A DNA stretch of 64,000 nt from an uncultured Acidimicrobiia bacterium (GTDB lineage Bacteria; Acidobacteriota; Terriglobia; Versatilivoradales; Versatilivoraceae): the NCBI GenBank assembly GCA_963786955.1, contig CAWBAT010000005.1, forward strand, positions 768,001 to 832,000. The letters are read 5' to 3'. Made by a program: the position numbers and the translations under genes. Numbering within the stretch: position 1 is the first letter of the stretch; each line of letters opens with the position of its first letter. The notes under the pieces are model-generated. The model was not told the DNA's origin, did not search any database, and saw only the letters and a list, made by a program, of their open reading frames with translations. This document shows, piece after piece, positions 41,738 to 53,432 of this stretch.

Positions 41738-42454
41738 CACCCGGATTTCGGCTCAAATCTCACTTATGGCATTCCCTATACTGTTGTCCCGGGATCACAA
41801 ACCAAAGTACCCATGACCTTTGATTATGCCGATGAGAGTGATCCCGGCCCTTATCCGATTCCTCCGAATCCCCCGATCGAAGGGGGCAATCAATCCAGCG
41901 GGGACCGCCATGTTCTTGTCCTCGACAGGGACAATTGCCTGCTTTACGAAACCTGGGATTCGCATTTCGTCGGACCAGGATGGCATTGCGGGTCTGGAGC
42001 CATTTTCAATTTACGCTCAAACAGTCTTCGCCCGGATGGGTGGACTTCGGCAGATGCTGCTGGTCTTCCCATTCTGCCTGGCCTTGCCCGATACGATGAA
42101 GCTGTGACCATCGGGGAGATCAAGCACGCGCTGCGCTTCACGGTTCAGTCCACCCAACGCGCCTACATACACCCTGCCACCCATTATGCCAGCAGCAACA
42201 CGGACCCCAATGCTCCACCCATGGGACTGAGAGTCCGGCTCAAGGCCAATTATGACCTCACTCGTTTCACTGGCGCATCGAGAGTGATCTTAACAGCGCT
42301 TAAGAAGTATGGAATGTTGGTGGCGGATAATAGGTCCGATTGGTTTATCACCGGGTCTACCGATTACAGTTGGAATGACGGAGATTTAAACCAACTCAAG
42401 ACCGTTCCCGGCAATGCTTTTGAAGTAGTTCAGACTGGGGCAATCCTTAAATAA
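41738..42454 (+). pseudogene. 5'-truncated conserved secreted-type hypothetical protein (DYADESDPGPYPIP family)
   Basis: In-frame HPDFG..YGIPY upstream of the ORF start but no intact N-terminus; DRHVLV, TSADAAGLP, IKHALRF, PMGLRVRL. Confidence 0.55.
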
Positions 42455-42532
42455 GCGCTTGGGGTAGACTTCGAACTTAGCCCAGCCAAGGCCCTTTCAT
42501 CTCGATGGGGTATCGAGTGCTGCTTTGGATGC

Positions 42533-44230
42533 TTACATCTTGCGGGCGACGACAAGTGTCATGTCATCGTGGGCAGTTCCTTCCCCTATCCAATTCTGGA
42601 GGTTCTGAATCAGAGCTTGCAGAATTTGGTCTGCCGGTTGGTGACGGACCATCTGTACAAAATCTGCTAACCGTTTTTCACCAAATTCTTCACCGCTGGG
42701 ATTATTCGCTTCCGTCACCCCGTCGCTGTAAAGAACTGCGATGTCTCCCTTCTCGAGTTTCACGGATTCTTCCTCATAACTGATGTCCGGCAGAATTCCG
42801 AGAACGGGGCCTCCGCCTTCAAGCCATTCAATCTTGCCGTCCTGACGCACCAGCAACGGTGAATTGTGGCCCGCATTACAGAATTGGATCTCACCCGACA
42901 GAGGGTGAATCATGGAAAGAAAGAAGCTGATGAAGCGATTATTGAGGGACGCCAAAACCAGAATTCGATTGAGGCGCTCCATCAACTGGGCCGGATTTGC
43001 AGGCTGTTCGGCTAAGACCTGGAATCGGGCCTGCAACGTCATCATCAACAAGGCTGCCGGCATGCCTTTCCCGCATACATCACCGACAACGATCGCCAGC
43101 TGGCCATTGGGGTAGCTGACGAAATCATAATAGTCCCCTCCAACCGTCCGGCACGGTAAGTTGTATCCGGCTAATTCCAGACCGGGTATCTGGGGGATCT
43201 CTCTGGGCAAAAACTGTCGCTGGATTTCAGCCGCTTGTTCCAATTCATTCGCCAATCGTCGTCGCGCATTTTCAATTTCGGCAAATCGTTCTCGCTCGAT
43301 TCGAATGGCCGCTACGTTTGCCATGACAGTCAAGAGATTGAGATCATCGATTGTAAACTCGCGAAACGGATGAGCCAGATCGATATAGATCAATCCAAGC
43401 ACCTGGGTGTCAGTCTGCAGGGGAACGGCCATGAGCGTCCGTACGTTCTGGGAAACAATACTCTGCATGGATCGAAAGGCCTCATCCGCCTGTGCATCTC
43501 GAATCAAGAGGGATGCCTTTTCCCCAATAACCCGATCGCGGACGGTTGAACTGATGCGAAAACCATCCCCACGCGAAGCTCGAACTTGCAATTGCCCCCC
43601 CTCGACTGTCAGTAACACCCCACGTTCTGCTCCGACTGCTTCAATGGATAGATCGAGGATCACTTGAAAGAGTTCTTGTAAGGGTCTTCCGAGCGTGAGT
43701 TCACGCCCTGCCCTCAAGAAAGCCGTCATTGGAGCTTTCCAGCTAAGGGAGGGCTGACCTGTCGGTGTTCTTGCGTTGAGCGTCTCCCCGGAAATCAACT
43801 TGTCGAGGGATGTGCTGACGGCTTGGTTCAATTCGCCCTCGGTCGTCGACGGGTCAAAAACAATGGAAACTTCTGAAACGCGAGATCCAAGGGTTTGAAA
43901 AACTAGTTGAAGGTGGCTGGCGGTGACCTTGTCTCCAGGCCGTAACACTTGCTTGTCCTGGATCCGGGCCCCATTTAAGAAGGTCCCATTCTTACTGCCG
44001 AGATCCCGTATAATCCACTCTTCACCTTCTTTTTCGAAAGTTAGGTGACGGCGGGAAAGGCCCGAGTCTTCAGGGTAACCCAGATCATTTTCGGTCGACC
44101 GCCCCAACGTTAAGGCCGATTGATCTAAAGGCACAGCCCGCGTGTGTCCGTCGGGAAATGTGATGAGAAGCTCTTTCCCCTTCGATAATGAGGGTTCACT
44201 TATGGATGTTTGCATGTTAGGTATGGACAT
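42533..44230 (-). CDS. FHA-GAF-PP2C (SpoIIE-like) phosphatase
   Basis: LGRS..SRRH..DLGSKNGT (FHA), GAF domain, VGGDYYD, GDVCGKG, YSDGVTE, DDMT. Confidence 0.9.
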   Translation of the reverse strand: MSIPNMQTSISEPSLSKGKELLITFPDGHTRAVPLDQSALTLGRSTENDLGYPEDSGLSRRHLTFEKEGEEWIIRDLGSKNGTFLNGARIQDKQVLRPGDKVTASHLQLVFQTLGSRVSEVSIVFDPSTTEGELNQAVSTSLDKLISGETLNARTPTGQPSLSWKAPMTAFLRAGRELTLGRPLQELFQVILDLSIEAVGAERGVLLTVEGGQLQVRASRGDGFRISSTVRDRVIGEKASLLIRDAQADEAFRSMQSIVSQNVRTLMAVPLQTDTQVLGLIYIDLAHPFREFTIDDLNLLTVMANVAAIRIERERFAEIENARRRLANELEQAAEIQRQFLPREIPQIPGLELAGYNLPCRTVGGDYYDFVSYPNGQLAIVVGDVCGKGMPAALLMMTLQARFQVLAEQPANPAQLMERLNRILVLASLNNRFISFFLSMIHPLSGEIQFCNAGHNSPLLVRQDGKIEWLEGGGPVLGILPDISYEEESVKLEKGDIAVLYSDGVTEANNPSGEEFGEKRLADFVQMVRHQPADQILQALIQNLQNWIGEGTAHDDMTLVVARKM

Positions 44231-44767
44231 ATTGAATTCACCTTGGCGATAGTGGCAAGAACTTGGATTTTCTGGGACCGCTCCAGTTGCCGGGTAATGA
44301 ATCGTTCGAGTTCTACAATCCGACTGTCCTGAGAAAACTTTTCATCAGCTTGCTGCAGAAGTTCGCGCTCTGAAAAAGAAAGTCCGCCGCATTTGGAGTG
44401 TGTCTGAAATCGTCGGACGAAAGGGGGGAGCAGCGAGCCCATAGTTTATCAACCCTGCAGTCCGAGGTAAAGGTATAGATAACGGCCTTGAGAGGTGCGG
44501 ATCATGTCAAACCCATTATTATTGTCCCTGACTTGGAATAGTCCACTTTGCCCTCCTTTTGGAACACAAACCAATGAGGGGCGATTAGGGGGGGGGGTAG
44601 TTTCCGGCTAGCCTAATTATCGGGCACTTGAAAAAAGTGGACTTAGAAAGGAGCAGTCTCAGGCATCTGCACAATTGCCCCTCTTGGGCAAGGTGGTAGC
44701 CTGCATGTTCTCTTGCTTCTAGTCCGGCATGGTTCACAAGAAGGACTTGGCGAGGTCAGTTCGCTGT

Positions 44768-46216
44768 TCACTTCACCAACTGGATCCCCAGCGGTTTCCA
44801 TGTGCCTTCACCGGCTGGTAAGATCGACGGTGGCGTTGCCTTAGGCCAGTAGAGGCGCATAACAAGATAAATCGGACCGTTTGGCGCGGGCAGCCAATTC
44901 GATTCCTTTGCCTTTCCCGGAGAATCTTTCTGGATGTAGAGCGTCAATGAACCGTCAGCGTTTTTCTTCATCTGCGGCAGCATAGGCGAGTTGATGAGGT
45001 AACGATTGATGGGGTTCTTGATCAGAAACTGTGTCTTGCCGTCGTACATTGTCACCGACCAGAAGGCATTCACCGGCGGGAACTGCCCGGCGGGGAACGT
45101 GAGGGTGTAGTTGTGCTTGCTACCGTCAAGCGGCTCACCATCCGCCATTGTTTTGGCCATGGGATACATGGCCTCAACGGCGTCGTTGCCGTAGATGCCC
45201 GCTTTCGCAGCGGCGGCACGCTTGAGCCAGTCACCATTGAAAAAGGCCCGGTCACCTGTGATCGAGGCGACATTCCAACCGTTGATCTTAGTGCCGAGGT
45301 GATTGACAGCATCCTCGACTTTCTTTTCCCCCTCCTTCATGCCCAGCCCCACTTCGGCTTTGTGCTCAGGCGATAAATCCTTGAAGTCGAACTTCTTGCC
45401 GGGGCCGATGCCAATGCTGGCTAGTTTGGCGCGGATCGCTAGCTCCTCCGGTCCAGGAGGTGCAAATTGCAACGCAAAGTCTAGGTACTCAAAGAAGTTT
45501 GCCTTCACCATTTCCTCATTGGCCTTAGGGAAATCAATCACAGGCGCCGCGGGTGGCGCGGGCTGCTTGAGGTAGGCAGAGAGGGGCTGTACCTTGTAGC
45601 CCGACTGCACCTTGACGACGTTGGGCATGTCGGCTGCGTTGAAGAGCTGGGTGCGGTAGGCCACTAACGAGAACTGCGTGCTAGACTGGAAAACTTGCTT
45701 GATGCCGGCTGGGGTCTCGCCCTTCCAATCAGGTCCGACCACCAGGTAGCTGCCCGCTCCGGGACCGGTGGCTCGACTTCCGATATAGCCATAGTTGAAG
45801 GTATTGCCATCACAGAGCATCACCGAGTAGTAACGCGATTTCTCTACGGCCGGCACCGAGATCACCATCGGTTCCGCGCGGAGGTCCAGCCAGAGCAACG
45901 AATACGGAGTGTCGCTGTTGGGCGTGATGATGGCCGTGTCCTCGTAAGTGAACACACGCGCTTCGTTCTTGATCTGGTTGAACGGCGCTTTGTATTGCCC
46001 GGAGTCCTTGTTCACGCAATACTCGTACATCACCGCGTAGTTCATCACGATCGGTAGACCGTATATAAATCCCTCCTCAGCGATAGCCTTAGCCTCGGCG
46101 ATGGTCGGCTTTGCTTTGTCCGCTTTTTCCGCTTGGGAGATCGTGTCGTTCTTGGTGGCGCAAGTGGTTTGCAACAGGGCAGCAAGCGCAGCGACGAGGA
46201 TCGTCTTTGTTTTCAT
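44768..46216 (-). CDS. DUF1254/DUF1214 domain lipoprotein
   Basis: IYGLPIV, TPNSDTPYS, LDLRAEP, FWSVTMYD, NWLPAP, MRLYWP. Confidence 0.88.
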   Translation of the reverse strand: MKTKTILVAALAALLQTTCATKNDTISQAEKADKAKPTIAEAKAIAEEGFIYGLPIVMNYAVMYEYCVNKDSGQYKAPFNQIKNEARVFTYEDTAIITPNSDTPYSLLWLDLRAEPMVISVPAVEKSRYYSVMLCDGNTFNYGYIGSRATGPGAGSYLVVGPDWKGETPAGIKQVFQSSTQFSLVAYRTQLFNAADMPNVVKVQSGYKVQPLSAYLKQPAPPAAPVIDFPKANEEMVKANFFEYLDFALQFAPPGPEELAIRAKLASIGIGPGKKFDFKDLSPEHKAEVGLGMKEGEKKVEDAVNHLGTKINGWNVASITGDRAFFNGDWLKRAAAAKAGIYGNDAVEAMYPMAKTMADGEPLDGSKHNYTLTFPAGQFPPVNAFWSVTMYDGKTQFLIKNPINRYLINSPMLPQMKKNADGSLTLYIQKDSPGKAKESNWLPAPNGPIYLVMRLYWPKATPPSILPAGEGTWKPLGIQLVK

Positions 46217-46672
46217 GGTTGTGTCCTTTCGGTAATGTTTTGGTTTCGGGAAGTTGGAATCCAGTTCGCCTCCCGACCGGTGGACGGCCTCAGGCGGAAG
46301 CAGATGTTCGCTGAGCTTTCATTATTGAGAGACCAATACGAATTTCACACCAAGCCCATGCCCGTTAGTTCTCGAATTCCATTTCTTGGTACTATAAGTC
46401 TCCATTAACAGGGGTCCTGATCCATGTCCGGTGACAAGACATGAAAAAAAGAGCCGACAATAATGGACGCAAAAGACATTATCAGCCTGCTGGGGGGAGA
46501 AATAAAGGTCAAAAAGTAATAAATGCTCTTCACTCAGTTGGGGAAAATCAACAACTAAGCTGGAGCTCGAAGCTCCTTGGTTACCCCCAATAACTTCGTC
46601 ACATCACTATGATTACCCGGCCGGTTTTTTTCTCTGCGCCTATTTGGGCTGTTCGCGGTTATATTACTTTCT

Positions 46673-47593
46673 ATGGGTCAAATCTTGATTGCAGGTTGTG
46701 GTTATGTTGGAACAGCTCTTGGCGAACTCTGTGTTCTGGAAGGGAAAACTGTTTGGGGACTGCGGCGAAGAAGTCATCTTCTTCCGAACCGAATTCGATC
46801 GATTACAGCCGATCTTGGCAAACCGGAAACATTGCGTTCCCTTCCCTCTCATCTGGAATATCTCCTTTATACAGCAGCAGCAGATCGATCGGATGATGCC
46901 TGTTACGAAGCAGCCTACGTTGAAGGCTTGAAGAACCTAATCACGGCTCTGGATGAACAAAAAATCTATCCCAAACGTGCCTTCTTCACCTCCAGTACTG
47001 CGGTCTATGCCCAAACAAACGGCGAATGGGTTGATGAAAACTCCCCTACGGAGAACAAGCATTTTAGCGGGTCGCGTCTCCTGGAGGCGGAACGTCTCCT
47101 CTTGGCCAGCCCCTTCCCCTGGACTGTTGTGCGACTCTCCGGCATCTATGGCCCAAACCGAACTCGCTTGCTTGAACAGATCAAGCAAGGGGAAATCACC
47201 GCACGGGGATCCTCTTCATCATACACGAACCGGATCCATCGAGATGATTGTGCAGGTCTGCTCAATCACTTGATGCTCTTGAAGAATCCCCTCGAACTGT
47301 ATCTCGGTTCAGATCATGAGCCTGCCCGGCTTTGTGATGTCGTCGGATGGTTGACCCAGAAGTTAGAGATAATACCGCAAGATAAGGCTGCGTTACCCTC
47401 GAATTCCGAGAGCCGATTCCGCAGTAATAAGCGATGCAATAATGCGCGTGTGGTCGATTCAGGATATTGTTTTCGCTACCCCACTTTCCGTGAGGGCTAT
47501 ACCGCCCTAATCGAGCAGGTGCCTTCAAATGAGATTCTGCGAAAAACTGCGCCTAACGCTCTGCCTTCTAACTTTCCTGCTCCTTGGTGTTGA
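46673..47593 (+). CDS. NAD-dependent epimerase/dehydratase (atypical SDR)
   Basis: IAGCGYVG, TSSTAVY, RLSGIYGP, NRIHRDD, YPTFREG. Confidence 0.85.
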   Translation: MGQILIAGCGYVGTALGELCVLEGKTVWGLRRRSHLLPNRIRSITADLGKPETLRSLPSHLEYLLYTAAADRSDDACYEAAYVEGLKNLITALDEQKIYPKRAFFTSSTAVYAQTNGEWVDENSPTENKHFSGSRLLEAERLLLASPFPWTVVRLSGIYGPNRTRLLEQIKQGEITARGSSSSYTNRIHRDDCAGLLNHLMLLKNPLELYLGSDHEPARLCDVVGWLTQKLEIIPQDKAALPSNSESRFRSNKRCNNARVVDSGYCFRYPTFREGYTALIEQVPSNEILRKTAPNALPSNFPAPWC

Positions 47594-48752
47594 CCGCGAG
47601 ATTCATGCGGGCTCCGCGATGACCAAAGTTTGGACCGGTATCGATATTCTTGAGGCTGAGAATTTTTCCAGACTGCGGGGTCTTCATGTGGGTTTAATTA
47701 CTAATCTCACCGGACGAAACCGGGAAGGCAAGCGAACCCTGGACCTGATGCAGAAATCGCTCAACTTCAGGCTGGTCCGGGTTTTCAGCCCCGAACATGG
47801 CCTCAATGGAGATCTCGACCGTAAGGTGGGGTCTTCGGTTGATCGACAAACAGGATTGCCAGTTTATAGCTTGTACGGGGAGACGCGGCGGCCGACCGCA
47901 GAGATGCTGAAAGGGTTGGACATTCTAGTTTTTGATATTCAAGACGTGGGGGCTCGTTTCTACACCTACATCACAACCATGGCTTATGCCATGGAGGCCG
48001 CTGAAAAGGCTGGCATTCGATTCATGGTTCTGGACCGGCCAAATCCTGTAAACGGAGAACATGTGGAAGGGCCTGTGCTCGATGTGAATCGCTTAAGTTT
48101 CATTGGTTACTATCCTCTGCCCGTCCGACATGGGTTAACAGTTGGTGAGTTAGCAGAGCTTTTTAGAACTGAAAACCACCTCGAGGTGCAATTAGAAGTC
48201 GTCAGAATGAAAGGTTGGGAACGAAAGTTCTGGTTTGATGAGACCGATTTGTCCTGGGTCAATCCGTCTCCAAATATCCGTAACCTTTATGAAGCGACTC
48301 TGTACACAACCACTGGGCTCTTGGAGGCAACCAATATTTCAGTGGGGAGAGGCACGGGCACGCCTTTTGAAATTATTGGTGCCCCTTGGATCCAATCAGT
48401 CGAGTTGCAGCGCGACCTTCAAGCACGCAAGATTATTGGAGTTCAATTCGAAGAGGCGAAATTTACGCCTATTTCCGATCAGCACAAAGGTCAACCTTGT
48501 CAAGGCGTGCGACTGATAGTAACTAACAGAAGTCAATTTCAATCCGTCGCCTGTGGGTTGGAACTGGCCCAAGCCTTATGGCGCCTCTATCCCAAGGAAT
48601 TTCAAGCGAAGGAGTTAATCCAGCGAGTCGGCTCAGAAAAAGTTGTGGAAGGAGTTCTCAAAAATCAGCCTCTCGAAGAGCTGATCAAAGCCGATGAAGA
48701 GCCATTAAAGAATTTCCTGCAGATCCGGAAAAAGTATCTGCTTTACCCGTAA
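47529..48752 (+). CDS. namZ: Exo-beta-N-acetylmuramidase NamZ (DUF1343)
   Basis: FSPEHG, DIQDVGARFYTY, LDRPNP, RHGLTVGE, PSPN, SVGRGT. Confidence 0.85.
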   Translation: MRFCEKLRLTLCLLTFLLLGVDREIHAGSAMTKVWTGIDILEAENFSRLRGLHVGLITNLTGRNREGKRTLDLMQKSLNFRLVRVFSPEHGLNGDLDRKVGSSVDRQTGLPVYSLYGETRRPTAEMLKGLDILVFDIQDVGARFYTYITTMAYAMEAAEKAGIRFMVLDRPNPVNGEHVEGPVLDVNRLSFIGYYPLPVRHGLTVGELAELFRTENHLEVQLEVVRMKGWERKFWFDETDLSWVNPSPNIRNLYEATLYTTTGLLEATNISVGRGTGTPFEIIGAPWIQSVELQRDLQARKIIGVQFEEAKFTPISDQHKGQPCQGVRLIVTNRSQFQSVACGLELAQALWRLYPKEFQAKELIQRVGSEKVVEGVLKNQPLEELIKADEEPLKNFLQIRKKYLLYP

Positions 48753-48920
48753 TTGCGAACCACCAGAAATTGTCGAAAGAGGAGGTGTGAATAACAATTG
48801 TCGAACGGGTTTGCATGAGGATCAACTCAACCACCGTCAGCCCGGTATCCGATATTCCGAGAGCAATGGGTTCTAGTCGGTTGGCGCCGCTTTATAGAAC
48901 GGAGTAGCGGTTTTCGTTCC

Positions 48921-50639
48921 CTACAGCACTTCCTTGAGGATCACCGCCATTTTTTCCGCCGCAATTCGGTTTCCTTCGAGATTCGGATGAACTTGATCGG
49001 TGGTGTGCTTGCCTGGCTCAATCCAGCCAGTCGTATCGACATAGCGAATTTTGGGGTCGGCCAATCGTCGCACGGTTTCCTCGATGGCTGCCGCATGAGC
49101 ACCCACAAAGGGCCGCATACAGAGAATGATGGCAGTCGGGTATTTTTTGCGGATTGTCTCTACATAACTCTTATAGAGCACAGCGAACAATTCACTACTG
49201 GCACGATTGCGATCATTACTCCCCATGTTAATCACGACAACATCGGGTTGAGCGCAACGAGTCGATTGAAACACCTTCATAGATGAATGGAAAACTCTGG
49301 ATGGCAGGAGGTACCCCTCCGTTGGCATTGACCGTCAGACCTAATCTACCAAATCCGACGGTTCGGGGTTCAGCCCCAACAAGCAATGCGCTTTGATATG
49401 CCCAGGTCTGGCGCCCGTCACTGAATCGCGGCCAGCCTTCTCGTTTTCCCTTTTCCTCCGGAGCCGGTTTATGAACGAGGACTCCTTCCGTTATACTATC
49501 TCCTAAGGTATTCAATCAGCTTCAGAGGACGTTCAGGCGGCGCGAGCAACTGCCCTCCATCCACTGGAGTGGCGCCACGGAACAAAATGGCACCCACTAG
49601 AGGCTTATCCCACCGGTTCTCCCATTCACGAAAACCTTTTACCACCAGCTTGGCTTTGTGGGGTCCTTGAGATAATGGAGTCTTTGCCAGAGGCAAATCT
49701 TCAGAGGGTGTAATGACTTTCCATTCCCCAGCATCAATTTGAAGCCAGAGTGTCGGGAACTGCTGGGAATACTGGGAGGTCGTGAAGTGGAGTATCAGGT
49801 TGTTCCCTTCAAACTGAAACAGGAGGGTGCTCCCCGTATTCACCGTGATGGCCCCAGCTGTGGCGGCTTCGCGCAGGTCCCAGCGACCCCAATATTGAAA
49901 TCGATTATCGTCAGCCCGAATGGTAGGGATGGGCGCCTCCGTTACTTGCAGGATTTGACTCATCGGAACGCCCAAGGCACCCAGGATTCCGGCAGCAATA
50001 CAAAAAATCTCCGCTGGGTTTCATATGGACACCGTCTGAAGTGGGGTGGAAATCGGGAGCGCCACCGATCTGGGTCGATCGAAGTACGAGATTGAAAAGG
50101 CTGTTCAGGTCGACCAGATGGACTTTTTCTTCGAATGCAATTTTCCGAACAGCCTCGCAATAGGATTCCAACTTGAAGGTTCTCGGCACCGCAAAGATTT
50201 TCGTGGATAACCGTGGGAGTGAGCAGGTAAATCTCAGCTTGAGTGGAGACTTTGAGTTCCTGAACCATTTGAGTCATAAACCGCGTGTAAGTACTTGAGA
50301 TCGACACCACGAGGATGGTTGGCTGAAAACCCGTGCCAGACGTCATTCACTCCGCATGAGATCGTGACGATCGTAGGATTTTTATCAATCACGTCCCGCC
50401 TTAAGCCGGGCAGCCATATCGGGTGATTTATGCCCGCTAATTCCGGCGTTGATAATTTGAATTTTCAAATTGGATAAAATCGATCAAAAACGTTCTTCCA
50501 TAACGGCCTGATAACCCCCTGCTTCCGTGATACTGTCTCCTAAAGTGACAATCCGGTCTCCTGATTTAAGGCGGGGTTGCCCCAATAAGACTGAGGTAGA
50601 CGACAGCATCAGGAATAGAAAGATCATCATTGGTTTCAT
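48921..50639 (-). CDS. Secreted tandem SGNH/GDSL esterase (SGNH + CE2-like), frameshifted
   Basis: Signal peptide, TLGDSIT, DGVH, YWGRW, GDSITEG, NMGSND, DQVHP. Confidence 0.75.
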
Positions 50640-50756
50640 TCGGAATGCCTTCTCTTGTCATAGATCTAGATCCAGTTTCGAAATTACTCAATGTGGTATC
50701 ATAAGTGTGTCTTGATTGGATTGACTTGAAACAACTCTATTTTACATTTCCCTGTC

Positions 50757-50945
50757 ATGATTCGCAAAATAGTCAAGAAGACAAGCTCTGCTGGTATCCG
50801 CGAAAAGAAAGTGAATCTAGAGTATTGGTTGAGCCGATCTCCGGAGGAGCGCATGGCAGCTGTTGATTTTCTGAGAGATCAAATAAATGGAACCAAACAA
50901 AGACTTCAACGAGTTGGTCGAGTTATTCAACGACAACGAAGTTGA
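50757..50945 (+). CDS. Small hypothetical protein (YWLSRSPEER), partner of the nucleotidyltransferase
   Basis: 62 aa; overlaps the downstream NTase gene. Confidence 0.6.
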   Translation: MIRKIVKKTSSAGIREKKVNLEYWLSRSPEERMAAVDFLRDQINGTKQRLQRVGRVIQRQRS

Positions 50946-51348
50946 ATTCGTTATCGTCGGTGCGTATGCTCTGGCATTCCACGGCGCTCCACGGTTTACT
51001 GGTGATCTCGATATTTATGTGCATCCGACTACCAAAAATGCCGGAAGAGTCTTGTGCGCATTAAACAAATTCGGTTTCGGAGAGATTGGGCTCGAGCTCG
51101 GTGATTTCTCTGTAGAAGATAAAGTGACTCAACTTGGTGTTCCCCCCGTGCGAATTGACATCATGACCTCGATCAATGGGGTATCGTGGAACGAGGCTTG
51201 GTCGAAGAAAGTCTCTGGCCACTATGGAAGTCAGGCGGTTTTTTTCTTGGGGAGGGATGAATTCATTGCAAACAAGAAGGCAATCGGACGGCCTCAGGAT
51301 CTCGCCGATATCGCCGCCATCGACTCCAGCCCGATTGGCCCGGAATAA
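50887..51348 (+). CDS. Minimal nucleotidyltransferase family protein
   Basis: IVGAYALAFHGAPRFTGDLD, RIDIMT, NKKAIGRPQDLAD. Confidence 0.8.
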   Translation: MEPNKDFNELVELFNDNEVEFVIVGAYALAFHGAPRFTGDLDIYVHPTTKNAGRVLCALNKFGFGEIGLELGDFSVEDKVTQLGVPPVRIDIMTSINGVSWNEAWSKKVSGHYGSQAVFFLGRDEFIANKKAIGRPQDLADIAAIDSSPIGPE

Positions 51349-51477
51349 CCATAATTCATCCGCACGATTTTACTCTTTCAAAGCTGTTCGACCTTTCTTA
51401 ATGCGTAATGATGTCAATTTATCCTTAATCCCCGTGTCAAATGCTATCCCGATTCGACGCTCAATGATGCTAGGGTC

Positions 51478-52680
51478 ATGTACATGAATCCCTCGGACGT
51501 ACTTCCCGGTCTGCCTCTCAAAGCGAAGATCTTGTTCATTCGTCTCCGCTCACTTGGAGATACGATCCTTTCCATTCCGCTTTATACGGCCTTAAAGAAC
51601 TGGCGGCCGGATCTAGGAATCTCGGTGCTGGTAGAAGAACCCAACGACCAAGTCATCGCCAACAATCCCTGCGTCGATCATATCATTTCAATTCCCGCAG
51701 CCGACGGATCGAATTGGAAGGTCTTTCGGGCGCGCCTGTCCGCCTTAGCCAACATGAGGCAAAGTCGTTTTGACTGCTGTATCAATTTACACGGGGGCTC
51801 CACGAGTGCTTGTTTGACCGCTCTGAGTGGAGCTCGTTATCGCGTGGGATACCGCGGGTTTCGCAATGCATTTGTCTACAACCTGCGTGTGGGCTCAACG
51901 ACAATGCTCTCGCCTGGAATGAAGAGTCATACCGTGGAGCATCAAATTGAATGGCTCAGAGCGTTAGGTTTGCCGAAGGCAGAAATTCCACCGTCAAGAG
52001 TCATTCCAAATCCTCAATTTGAAGCCGTCGTGAAAGATCGCCTCACTAAAGCTGGCTTGAAGGCTGACAGTCGCTACGCGGTCATTCAGCCGACATCAAA
52101 GTTCTACACCAAAGAATGGACAGCGGAGGGATTTGCTGAAATCGCGGACTACCTGGGAAGTCGATTCGGTTTGTCTGTGATGTTGACAGCGGGGCCCGGG
52201 CGAAGAAGGCAAACTAAACATAGTCCAGGATAAATCTCAATCAAAACCAAAGGTTTTGACGTCTCTCTCCATCTCTGAGCTGGGATGGATTTTAGGTCGC
52301 GCCAGCTGTTCGTTGGAAACGATAGCGGTCCCACACATTTAGCCGCAGCATTATCCGTTCCTGTCGTTGTGCTTTTTGGTTCTTCGGATTCAGCATTGTG
52401 GTCCCCCTGGAAGACTTCGTATAGGATGGTTCAAAATTCGTTCGACTGTAATCCATGCCCAGGTTACCGTTGCCTCGTCTACAACGAACCCCGCTGTATT
52501 TTGAGTATAACCTCTTCACAGGTGAAGGTGGCCATTGATGCGTTGTTGGGCGACAATATTATGCAGAGAAAGCCAGAGACTCACAAAGCAACGTGTTATC
52601 CCTCGAGCGTGCAAGTCCCTCTCCGGTCCCCTTTGGATAAGGCGGGGCGAGAACATTGGCCGAAATTTGCTGTCCGTTGA
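51478..52680 (+). CDS. Glycosyltransferase family 9 (heptosyltransferase-like), frameshifted
   Basis: IRLRSLGD, KEW, GNDSGPTHLAAA, CNPC. Confidence 0.85.
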
Positions 52681-52784
52681 GCTGAAGGTACCAGCTATCC
52701 CGGCAGAACCAACCGTTAGCACGGGGTGGCTCGACAGGGCAGGAATCCCACCATTATTTCGAGAATTAGCCTCGCTTTCAGTCT

Positions 52785-53432
52785 CTAAACCGTCGAATCG
52801 TTCCTGCGTGGATTCTGAATGACCTCTATAGAGACTAATTCAAGATTGGCATCCAGAACCACTTTACCAAGAAAGCGGTTTCCGTAGGCCCGATCCAAGT
52901 GTTCCTGCCGTCTCTCAGGGTCAAAGAGCATAGCCAGCAGCCGCAGCGAACCTGCGTGAGACACGACCAAAACGCGACTACCGGGAGACTCGCTCTTTAG
53001 CTGAAAAAGAAATTGCTGAGTACGCTCCTCGAGATCAATGAAACCTTCACCTCCGGGATAGCGTCGCCCTTGGGTCCACTTTGTAATTCAGAAATTCAAA
53101 GGTTTCGGAAACAGGTTTTTCCGTGAAATCTCCATAGTCTAATTCTCGCAGCAACGGGAAAAGTTGATCGGACAATTGAGCTTCAAGTAATTGCAAATTG
53201 TCTCGGCTGTTTGCTGGGCCCTCAAGAGATCGCTACAGTAAACCACGTCGAAGTCGGATCGTCCAATGGCTACGGCCACGCCTTGGGCATCCTGAAAACC
53301 TAATTCGGTTAGTCGGGAATCATGTTGACCGGCAATGCGATCCTCAAGATTGTGTATGGACTGGCCGTGACGTACCAGGTAGATTTCTGTTGTCTTCCTC
53401 ATCAAATCCACAATTTCGTCCAACGCTTTCAT
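52785..53432 (-). CDS. Histidine phosphatase family protein (frameshifted)
   Basis: LVRHGQS, SDLLRAQQTA, VVSHAG. Confidence 0.8.

Noticed and set aside
44200-44442. 80-aa ORF upstream of the FHA phosphatase
   Set aside because: No recognisable motif; cannot distinguish a gene remnant from a chance ORF.
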